This document shows positions 8,337-18,900 of a stretch of DNA of 60,315 nt, piece after piece (position 1 is the stretch's first letter; each line of letters opens with the position of its first letter). Source of the stretch: a virus. Its lineage: Duplodnaviria > Caudoviricetes. The notes under the pieces are model-generated. The model saw only the letters and a list, made by a program, of their open reading frames with translations, was not told where the DNA came from and ran no database searches. The stretch spans positions 1 through 60,315 of IMG/VR virus record IMGVR_UViG_3300044996_000347; one strand, written 5' to 3'. The translations under genes were made by a program, and so were the position numbers.

Positions 8337-11300
8337 ATGGTAGACTTAACTAATCCTGAGGTAGTAAGTAGGATTAACAATTATCTTTCAGATAGAAACC
8401 CTTCAACATGGTATCATCTTCGTTCAGATGAGAGAAATTATGTAACTTCCCTTTCTTATAAGACTGCAAGTATTCCTGTCCCAGCCGGATTTCAAGGGAT
8501 GTCTATTCAGAGTTCAACAGGTACTGGTGGAGTGGAAATATCCCCTGCAGGACAAGTAAAACAAATAGGAAAACCCGAATTGGTTTCACTGCCAAAACCT
8601 CTTCAGCAGCCAAACCAACCAACTACAATAACCTTCCAGCAAAATCAGACTACTAAAGAAGTTCCAGTTTATAATTCTACTGGGCAGGTAATAGCAGTTC
8701 AATCCCAAAAATTTCAGCAAACTATTCCGATAGCCGAATATCAAAGAAGAATAGAAAACTTGCCTCAAGAAAAGTTTTATAATCCAATCGAACAAAAGAC
8801 TTATGAAACAAGGCAGGCATTTAAGATAGGTTCAGCCGAGTTTGTCTCTACTCCGGTTAAGGTTTATACAAACCCTCAAACAGGAGAACCAATATCAGAT
8901 ATTCAACAATACCTTCTAGAACGAAGAATACCTATTCCTCCATCTCAAGAAGTTAAGCCAAAATCATTTACATCATTTCAAGATTATTTAAAAGAGCCGC
9001 CAACTTATGATATAGGCGGATTACAAATGGGGGGAGTTTATATGCAAACTCCAGAAGTAGGAACAGTAACACCAATTACTTCTGGAGATATATTTAATGT
9101 AGCTGGTGGAGGATTAGCTTTAACAAAGATTGGGGCTGGAGCAGGAATATCTTTTTTATTTAGTAAGCCAATAACAGAATTAACATCTAAGGGAATAGAC
9201 CTTATTATACCTAGGCAAGATACAGGATTTTCAATTAGAGAAATACCTGCTCAGGTTGGGAGGGGTGCTTTATTCTTAGCTTCTACTTCAATAACTGGAA
9301 TGGCTTATGGCTCTGAATTAGCTAAGGGATTACTAGAAGACCCACTAGAAACGACTGCTAGCTTGGCAAAATATGTTTTCAAGAATCCTTATGAAACAAT
9401 TACTATTGCAAAAGGAGCAAATCTTTATAAAAAAATTGATAAACTAAATGTTCAATCTCCAAAATATAAATTAATGAAAGAGTATCAAGATAGTTATTCA
9501 GACAAACAGGTATTAGAATCTTTAAATAGATTAAAGAAGTCTAGTATATATGAACCAATTATAGATATAGAAAAACAGATTCAAGAGCAAAGGAAAGTCA
9601 AAGCAGAATACTTGACAAAAAGGGCAGAAGAATTACTTCCTAGTGGATTAAAATTTGATTCAGCAACAAAAGAATTTATCACGGGACAAGTAAAAAAGAA
9701 AATGGAATCACAGATTCCAGAGATAAGACAATTAGCATTAAAGAAGGTTAAAGAACAAGCAATTAAAGAAATTGTTTTAAAGGAAATGGATAAACCATTT
9801 AATGCTTTGGAGAAAGCAAAAGAACTGGAGGCTCAAGGAAAAATAATATTAAGGGAAGTATCTAAAGAAGAAACTAAAAATATAAGCCAAGATTTAAATG
9901 CCCAAAAGCTGTTTGGTTCAGAAGAGATAGCAAAATTTGGAAAATTGAAAGTTTCCAATTTACCAGAATTAGAAGGTATTATTGTTTATAAAAAAGGAGT
10001 CCCCAAAGAAACATTAAATAAATATCTTGCAGAAGAACTTGGACATTATGAATCCAGAAATATGTTTGACTTTGGTGCAGAGAAAAATATTCCCTATGAA
10101 AAAAAACCATCTGAAATTTGGGCAAAAAATTATGCTAATCAATTATTAAATAAAGGTAAAGATAAAAGTAATTTAAAAAGTCTTACATTAAAATACCTAG
10201 ATAGAAAACTTCCAGAATTAAAGATAAATATTATAGATAAAGAATTTATTAAAGGTCAATTAAAGAAAAGGATGGAATCAAAAGATAAGGAAATATATAA
10301 TTTAGTTCTCGAAAAATTAAAGAAGAAAAAGCCGATTGAATATGATATTGATTTAGGCTTTTTAGAATCAAAGGTGAGAAATCAAATAAATAGATTAAAG
10401 TCTGGAGCAGATATAGTTAAAATAGACAAGGAAGGTATTAGAATAGAAAAAGTTCAAGAAGCAGTAAAGAAATTTAAACCAATAACATATGATATTGATT
10501 TAGGCTTTTTAGAATCAAAGGTGAGAAATCAAATAAATAGATTAAAGTCTGGAGCAGATATAGTTAAGATTAAAAAATCTGGAGAACTGAAAATAACAAG
10601 TTCAAAAAAACAAGTGCCTAAAATAGATATATATCAAAAAGCATTAAAAAGAATAAGCGAATTAAGGAAAGAACGAGTAAAAAAGATTATAAAAGATATA
10701 AGAAATGATGATTTAATGGAGATTAAATCAGGAAAGCAAGTACTAATACAAAAAATAGAGAGTCCAATAGTAAAAGAGATATTAAAAGAAAAAGTAAAAT
10801 CGCCGAAGATGGTCTTAAGAAAAACAATATCCCCGAGATTAAGGCAATCATTTGTATATAAAGAAAAAGAATTAAAACCATTAATACAAATTCAAGAATT
10901 AGAAAACAAAGAGTATCGGCGGATGAAAATAGCCGCACTTCCTTTGGAGAAACAAAAAGATTTGGGGCTGTCTAACGCCATTCATAAAATTAATAATCTA
11001 GAGAAACCAGCTGAAATAGAAAAACAAATCATAAACTCAAGATTAAATTTTGTTGAAAGAACTCAATCAAGTCAGCCCCAAGTATTTACTCAACCAATTA
11101 AAGAAAGAGTAATAGAAAAATTTGTGGGAAGTCCAAAGTATTTTGAAAGGGCAGTCATTGAACCTAAGAGAAGGAAAGAAGCTGAAGAAGATAAGAAGCG
11201 AAAACGCCGTTTAAAACAAATCCAGTTATATACTCTTCAGCTTAAAAGGAGAGGAAAGTTTAAATCAGTTAAGACAGATTTATCACGAGGAGAAGCATTA

Positions 11301-11561
11301 GCTTTAGGTTCAGACTTAACAAGAAAAGAACTAGCAAGAACTTTCAAGGTGGTAAAGACTGGAAAGGCAAGAGAAGAATTTGGAATACAAGAAAATTTCT
11401 TTCCAGATGAAAATGTGTTTAGGCAGTTCAAAATAAGAAAAGGAAAGGCTATACAAACTCCCGACGAATTTATCCAGCGGACTAAATTCAACTTGCAGAC
11501 CATTCAAGAGAAGTCAGCAATTAAAGAAGCAAGGAGACTAAGTAAACTTATCAATATGTAA
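8337..11561 (+). CDS. Large multidomain protein with ImmA/IrrE-like zincin motif and basic C-terminus
   Basis: LAEELGHY...PSEIWAKNYA; internal duplications; Lys/Arg-rich C-terminal half. Confidence 0.75.
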   Translation: MVDLTNPEVVSRINNYLSDRNPSTWYHLRSDERNYVTSLSYKTASIPVPAGFQGMSIQSSTGTGGVEISPAGQVKQIGKPELVSLPKPLQQPNQPTTITFQQNQTTKEVPVYNSTGQVIAVQSQKFQQTIPIAEYQRRIENLPQEKFYNPIEQKTYETRQAFKIGSAEFVSTPVKVYTNPQTGEPISDIQQYLLERRIPIPPSQEVKPKSFTSFQDYLKEPPTYDIGGLQMGGVYMQTPEVGTVTPITSGDIFNVAGGGLALTKIGAGAGISFLFSKPITELTSKGIDLIIPRQDTGFSIREIPAQVGRGALFLASTSITGMAYGSELAKGLLEDPLETTASLAKYVFKNPYETITIAKGANLYKKIDKLNVQSPKYKLMKEYQDSYSDKQVLESLNRLKKSSIYEPIIDIEKQIQEQRKVKAEYLTKRAEELLPSGLKFDSATKEFITGQVKKKMESQIPEIRQLALKKVKEQAIKEIVLKEMDKPFNALEKAKELEAQGKIILREVSKEETKNISQDLNAQKLFGSEEIAKFGKLKVSNLPELEGIIVYKKGVPKETLNKYLAEELGHYESRNMFDFGAEKNIPYEKKPSEIWAKNYANQLLNKGKDKSNLKSLTLKYLDRKLPELKINIIDKEFIKGQLKKRMESKDKEIYNLVLEKLKKKKPIEYDIDLGFLESKVRNQINRLKSGADIVKIDKEGIRIEKVQEAVKKFKPITYDIDLGFLESKVRNQINRLKSGADIVKIKKSGELKITSSKKQVPKIDIYQKALKRISELRKERVKKIIKDIRNDDLMEIKSGKQVLIQKIESPIVKEILKEKVKSPKMVLRKTISPRLRQSFVYKEKELKPLIQIQELENKEYRRMKIAALPLEKQKDLGLSNAIHKINNLEKPAEIEKQIINSRLNFVERTQSSQPQVFTQPIKERVIEKFVGSPKYFERAVIEPKRRKEAEEDKKRKRRLKQIQLYTLQLKRRGKFKSVKTDLSRGEALALGSDLTRKELARTFKVVKTGKAREEFGIQENFFPDENVFRQFKIRKGKAIQTPDEFIQRTKFNLQTIQEKSAIKEARRLSKLINM
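10340..10567 (+). repeat. 81-bp exact in-frame direct repeat (10340..10420 and 10487..10567)
   Basis: Encodes YDIDLGFLESKVRNQINRLKSGADIVK twice. Confidence 0.95.
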
Positions 11562-11633
11562 TCACTATGAAATTAATACATAAAGAATTAACTGAACAAT
11601 TAAATTTATATAGATGTTTTGCTACTTTGAAGT

Positions 11634-12215
11634 ATGGATAAATTAAAAAAACCAATCAATTCTTACGAACTACAAAGAAAAGTCATTAAAGATTATGAAG
11701 CAGAACAGAAATATAAACAAGGGCAAAAATATATAGAACAACAAAATAAGCTTAAAAGATATAATAAATCATTTTCTGGGAAATTTGGTTCTTTCTTAGC
11801 AAGAGGAATAGAGATTGGAGCTAAAAAAGGAAGATTTATAAAAACTTTGTATGGAAGTCAAATGCCTCAAACAAATCCTTATGGAGAAAATAAAAAGGCA
11901 AGAAAAACTATAATTGGAGGAGCGTCAAGGGGCAGAGGTAGACCTGTTGGAACTTATGATTCAAGATATGCTCGTTTTGGAGGAGTTTATGGATGGAGAA
12001 AATATCAGGCACATCAAATGAGACTGCAAAGATTAGAAGCATTAAGAAGAGCGGCAGTGAATCCTAGACAGCAGCAAATATTAAATCAAATAGAAGCTAG
12101 AGACCAAGCACAAAGAATGTCGCCAGAAGCCAAACCTATTCCAAATACATACGGACAAGTTCCTATGAAAGGTTTTATGGATGAAATAAATTTTTCAGCT
12201 AACCTCGTTCCATGA
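11634..12215 (+). CDS. Basic Arg/Gly-rich protein, possibly DNA-binding
   Basis: GRGRP AT-hook-like motif; TATA at -29. Confidence 0.7.
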   Translation: MDKLKKPINSYELQRKVIKDYEAEQKYKQGQKYIEQQNKLKRYNKSFSGKFGSFLARGIEIGAKKGRFIKTLYGSQMPQTNPYGENKKARKTIIGGASRGRGRPVGTYDSRYARFGGVYGWRKYQAHQMRLQRLEALRRAAVNPRQQQILNQIEARDQAQRMSPEAKPIPNTYGQVPMKGFMDEINFSANLVP

Positions 12216-12324
12216 ATGCTATTAAGAAACTAGAACAGATAGGCAGACTGATTAATTTTGTTGTATATATAGAAAAAAAATCAGGACTTCCAGCCAAATT
12301 TAAAATTCCAAGAGTAAAGATAAA

Positions 12325-12972
12325 ATGGCAGAAATGAGTGAAGAACAGATTATGCAAGAGTATGAAAAGGAACTTGCTTTAGCTAAAGCTCAAGGTCAAT
12401 ATTCTTCATCCCCCTATTCTCCTACTATATTTGGTGGAGGACAGAAACCGAATATTGTAGAATGGGAATTGGATTTCAAGCCGGAGCTTGAAGATATAGA
12501 AAGATTATTGAGATGCGATATAATCGCAAAAGATAAAGATGGCAACGAATACTGGACAGAGAATCCCGATAAATCAAAAGTATTCTTAAATGAACTGGGA
12601 GTTAATGATGTTCTAAGAAAGATTAGACTGCTCGTTAATAAAAATAAAGTTTTGTCCAATTATACTATTGAAGAAATAGAAGTAAGAACAAGAATAATAG
12701 GGCACGAATTAAGAATTTTGATTTATAATAATTACGAACAATATGGCATAGACAACGAATATAAAATGCACAACTATCCAATGATAGTTCTTTCTATTAT
12801 GTCTCTTGTAGAAGATGCTTATAGGAGAGCATTGGCTGGAGAGGCACATAAAGGATTAAATGAACAGAGATTATTAACCCAAAGCGAACCATTGAATCAG
12901 CCGCAATATCCTATGATGATGCCGCAATCAAAGAAACCGCATTGGTATAAACCATGGACTTGGGGGGGATAG
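12325..12972 (+). CDS. Hypothetical protein
   Basis: 215-aa ORF abutting the giant surface-protein gene. Confidence 0.75.
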   Translation: MAEMSEEQIMQEYEKELALAKAQGQYSSSPYSPTIFGGGQKPNIVEWELDFKPELEDIERLLRCDIIAKDKDGNEYWTENPDKSKVFLNELGVNDVLRKIRLLVNKNKVLSNYTIEEIEVRTRIIGHELRILIYNNYEQYGIDNEYKMHNYPMIVLSIMSLVEDAYRRALAGEAHKGLNEQRLLTQSEPLNQPQYPMMMPQSKKPHWYKPWTWGG

Positions 12973-12973
12973 T

Positions 12974-15900
12974 ATGAAAAACAGGGGGGGCATTATGTTT
13001 TTTGTTTTTTTAGGCTTGATACTTTCTGTTTTACTTGTCCCAAATGCGAGGGCAAATGCCTTTACAGAAACAATAAGCAGTGCATATAATTCTATGATAG
13101 ATTGGATAACAAGTTTTTTTACTGGAATTAAAGTTTTAGAAGATGCACATTTATTAGATGCAAACAAAAATTATGTTTCTGATATTTATAATCAAATAAA
13201 ATCCCAAGATAATAAATGGGAAACTATACCTGCTGATAATTGGATATGGATGAAGTTTGACCAGAATTTAACTAACTGCGGACATTTATTTATTTATGGA
13301 AAAGCAAAAAATAAAACAAAAGTTGAATTATATCAAGAAGGAGAAGAAAAGCCATTTGCTTATTTCTATATGAATGAAGAAAAATTATATGATATAAAAC
13401 TTAATACAATTAGAGAAGGGAGCAATATTTTATATCTAAAAACTTCTGGAGAAATAAAGGTAGATTATATTTTTGACCCTAATCCTACTTGCTCTGGAAC
13501 TTATCTTGGACAAGCTGGAACAGGGGCAATTTGCCATACTTGTTCTAACCCATGCAACTGCTATTATCAATGCGATGGCAGTGAAAGTTGCGGTGGTTTA
13601 ACTGGAATATATCATGAATGCTTCTGGGATGGGGGGCAATGCGTTGGGGGTTCAGAATGTGACGTCCCGGGAGCACAAAATGACAGTTTTGCAGGAATTA
13701 ATAACCCTCCATATTATTATAATACAACAACAAATATTTCGAGAGGATATTCTTATGTTGGAGAATTAGTTAATGTTTCTGGTTTAGTGAAAGATTTAGA
13801 AACAAATGTATCCACGGCTTGGGTTAATTCTTACTCTGAAATTAATTATACTGGAGAGAATAATTTTTCAGGGATTAAAACAGGATATCAGAACTTTGGA
13901 AGAAATTATTATGCAGCTCAAACTTTTACCGCTATTTCAGAAGATAATATCTATGGTGCTTGTGTGAATATAACAAGAAATTATGCCCTAACTTCAGCTA
14001 ATAATCTTACAATATCTATACGACAAATAATTTTAGGGGGGGTATATGGTTCAGATTTAGTAAGTGCAAAAGTATTAAATACTGCGATTAGCAATTCATC
14101 TTATAATCTGACTTGTGTTAATTTCACTTCTGTATACAAACCTTCTGCTGGAACAACTTATGGATTAGTTATATCTTCTCCAAGTTCTACCGGAGATTCT
14201 GCATATTCAGTTGCTATAGATAATTCTACAGGAACAGATGGAATGTATAAAAGATATTATGCAGGATATACTTATGACTATCCTGCAGAAGATATGCAAT
14301 ACTTTATTATTCTATACGGAACTTTTGATATTGCAACAGATTATTTTACAATAAATGGAAATGATAAATCAGTTTCAAAAGTTATAAGAACTCCATTTGC
14401 TGGAATTAATAGTTATGACTTTTGTGCAAATGACACAACAGGATTAGAAAAATGTTATACTTATTATATCAATACTCAAAATGAAACTCCCGCATCTCAA
14501 GGGTATACTCCTAATGGGCAGATAATTTCTCTTCCTAATAATACAAAAATAAATGGAGTTAATACTCTTACTTTTAATGTTTATGAAAATTCAAACCAAG
14601 TTTGCGAACAGGAATATGCAAATGTATCTACTGCTTGTGGTGGTTTATCTACTGGAAATTATGCAACTACTGGAAGTTGGAATAATGTTAGAAAATTATA
14701 TGATGGGGAATATTGGACTTATACTTATCCATACATTAATGATTCATCTCTTTTAATCAATTATACAAAACCATCTAATGCTACTAATTTATCAAAGTTA
14801 TATTATAAGGGAGGATTTACTGAAAAAGAATTAGATATACCTCAAACTTGCTGGGCATATAACGAGACAAAAATTTCTTTTAGAATAACCAGTTCATATT
14901 ATATATTAATTAAAAATTCAAGTGTTTACTGCTTTAATGGTTCTGGGTGGGTTAATATGTATTTTGCTAATGGAACTTCTGGTTTTTATGGGGTATTCTA
15001 TGAGGAAAGAATGAACTGGAGAATACCCTCTCCGGACAAAACTATTTTACAAAACATTTCTGTGTGGTTTAAAAACTCTTCAGATACGACTTATAATACT
15101 CTTGAAGCATGCAGTTCTGTTGATTTAATTACTCAAGAATGTGAATTAGATATAAGGAATACAACCAAATTTACTGAAAATGTTTCTTATAATTTTCAAT
15201 TAAGGGCTTGTGATATTTACGGCATTTGCAATAATTCAATTGATGTAAAAACATATAGAGTTGATAATGGTGCTCCATCAATAAAGAATTTAAAAATAAT
15301 TTATTCGAATAATGCAACATCTGCCAAGGCAGGAGCAGTAATTAATTTTTATATAAATGCTTCAGACAATTCTACATTAATTAATAACAGCTGGATTAAT
15401 ACTGGCGAGATTAATGGAAGTTCATTTAATTTGAATAATATATCTGGAACAAATAGAGTTGGAGAATGGAGCTACTGGAATGCTGCTGTAACAGTAAATT
15501 ACACGGAAAATCAAATTCCTGCGATTATACCTTTTTATTTTAATGATAGTGCTTCCCCACAAAACGAAAGAGATAGCGGATTTGCAGTGTATATAGACAA
15601 TTCATTTCCAAATTATTCAAATCAAATAATAAATCCATCCGTAATATATAATAATGATATAGTTTCATTTAAAATAGATGTTACTGATAATTATAGACTG
15701 AAAAAGGCAACATTAAATTTATATTACGCAAATTGGACAAGACCACCTAATTTAATCAACGCCTCAAAAAATAATGGTGGATTTGAAACAGCGGGAGCGG
15801 GGGGGGCAGATGTATTTGCTAATTGGGGGGAACAAGCTGGAAATGGGAAAATTGTTAGAGATACTGTTGATTACTACGAAGGGAGTGCGTCAGTAAGATT

Positions 15901-18900
15901 TGATACAAATACCACTAACCAATATATGTATCAAGATGTCTTGCCTGCATCTCCAAATAATTACAAAAGATACAGATATAGTTTTGCTGCAAAAACAAAT
16001 ACAACAAATGCGTATGTAAGAGTTTATTCTGGTACAGAATATACAAGACATAATTTATCAAGTAATTGGCAGAATTTTAGCGGAGAATTTTCTAATGCTT
16101 ATACCAGATTATATCTTGACCCCGAAACAGTTATAAATGTTACTCTTTGGATTGATAATTTTGAGATAGAAGAAGCATTTATTAGCAATATAACTTTAAA
16201 TGGAACAAGTGCGACCGCAACCCGTTCAATGAGATTGAAGACGGCAAATTATACTTTTAACTTTACTTTGTATGATGATGCAGGAAATACAATACAATCA
16301 GCAAGGCAAAACTTTTCTGTTTTAGGAAATGAAAATCCAATTAATATAAGTCTAATCAGTCCTGCAAATAGTGCCATAATGAAAAATCCTATAAATTTTT
16401 CATTTAATATAACGGGAGATAATGCAACAATATGTGAAGTTAATTATGATGGAAATATTTTAGGAAATATAACAAATGTTGCAGCAAATCAATTAAAAAG
16501 CTTATCAATTAATTCAAGTGAAAATTATGGAGATTGGTGGATAACTTGCGATAACGCAGATGGAAAAACTTATACAAGCAATACCTATAATCTTACTATC
16601 GATTTAACAAATCCAAATGTGTCTTATTTTAATCCTGCAAATAATATATATATAAATTCAAGTTTATATAATTTTACAGCCAACATAACAGATAATCAAG
16701 AAGTAAATAATGCAACCATAAGCATTTATAACTCATCAGGAAGCTTATTTAATAAAACAACAACCATGATTCTTGCTCCAATTTATTTTATTGGGACATT
16801 AATAGGAAATTTTATAGATGGGATATATACCTATTTTTGGGAAATTTATGATACTGCTGGAAATTATTTTCGTGGAGAGAATTATACGCTTACAGTAGAT
16901 ACAACTTATTCAAATATTAATTTTGTTTCTCCAACTCCAGATTCAGGAACTTTAACAGTAAATAGAAGTTTTATAATTAACATTTCTATAAATGAACTTA
17001 ATTTAGCTAATCTAACTTATAACTGGAATGGAACTAATTATCCTGTTTATGACAATTCTCTTTTATTGATGTATAATCTTGACAATAAAAGTTCGCTTGG
17101 AGAGAGCAGTACAGAAGTTTTTGATTTATCTCAATATGGAAATAATGGAACAGCTAATGCAGTTTGGACTTCTTCTGGAAAATATGGCGGGGCTTTCCAG
17201 TTTAATGCAACAGCTGGGCAGGGAATAGTTGTAAATACAAATAATGATTCATTTAATATAAATGACTCAACAACCGCTTCTTTAACTATAACTGCTTGGG
17301 TAAAACATTTAACTACTCCTTCTGAAAAGAATATTGTGTCAAAGGCACCGGGAGGAATTGGAAACAATAAGGGATGGTTATTCTATTTTTCTGGGTCGAG
17401 CTTTGGTGTTACATATAATAATGGTTCTGCTTCTGGGCAGTGGGTAGGGTCAGCAGCTGTTACAGCAGACACTTGGACACATTTGTCTGCAGTTTTTAAT
17501 TCAACAGGCATTGCCCTTTATATAAACGGAGTCCTTAAAAATAATCATGTATATAATAGAACAGGAAGCTTTGCCAATTCAAATGCTGTGACAATTGGGA
17601 AGCGTGGTTCTACCACAGGAACTTTCAATGGCACTATAGATGAAGTAAGAATTTGGAATAGAAGCTTAAGTGCAGACGAGGTAAACCAGATGTATAATAG
17701 AAACTTGCAGAAATACAACTCAACTCAATGGTATTTGTATGTTAATCAAAGCAAAAATTCCACAATGGGGCTTACAACTGGAAATTATACTTATCAGGCT
17801 TTCACAACTGACTTGGCAGGAAATATAAACCAGACAGAACAGAGAAGCTATGAAGTAGATATATCCCCTCCAAATTGTACATTATTAAGCAAAACACCAA
17901 GTGATATTTTAGATAATTCCACCGGAATTTTATCAATAATTCTTAATTGCACAGATAGAGCAGGAATTAATATAACCAAAATAGGCGACCATTATCCATT
18001 TTTCATCACAAGAAGTGTAGATGTTTTTATTAGTTCAGCAGGGATACCTAATTATTGGAGTACAAGATATCCTAATAACTCTTTAGCTGTAACTGGTAAT
18101 TTAACTCCGCTTTATAAAATATGGAGGGCATTAGGAAGAAATGAAGGATACTGGTATGAAAACTTGACTGAGTCGGGATTATCTGATTGTTCTGGATTAT
18201 CTCCTTGTTATGCTCCATTAAATGATACATTTTCTTATGCTATAGAAGATGGAAATTATGGGCATTTTACAGTAACTGCAGTAGATTCAACTAATACAAG
18301 TGTAATAATTAATTATACTCATCCAGCTGTAGATATATCTGCTTTCAGGCAGTCAGTTTATTTATCTTATGAGAACATGGTTAATGAAGCAAAGAAAAAC
18401 TTTACTATAAGAAATAATGCTTGGGTTTTAACAAAAAGATTTGATGCAGAAGCTTATGGGAATACATCTAATTATACAATGAATAGCTTTAGAAATTTTG
18501 GAATGGAGGATACACCAACAAAAACTTTAAGAATTTATTACTGCAATAGCTCAATAGAAAATTCCTCTGGAGGAATACCAAATGGATTTACAGCAATATC
18601 TAATTCAAATTGCAATTTAATTAATTCATTGACCTCAACTGAAATAAATAATAGAGTTTTTACAGATATAAATTCTAGTTATTCAAAAAGTGCTTATGGA
18701 ATTATTAACGGAAAGTTTGCAGGAATAACTGCGACAAGAGAATTTTATATTATGTATGAAAGCCCAGAAACTGGAGCAAATAAAGGATATAATATAAGAT
18801 ATGTTAATGGTTCTACTAATACTGACATAGGATTTAATGAAACAAGAACTGCTTGGACTTCTACTAATCAGGGCGGGGTTTGGGCTCAAACAAGCTGGAC

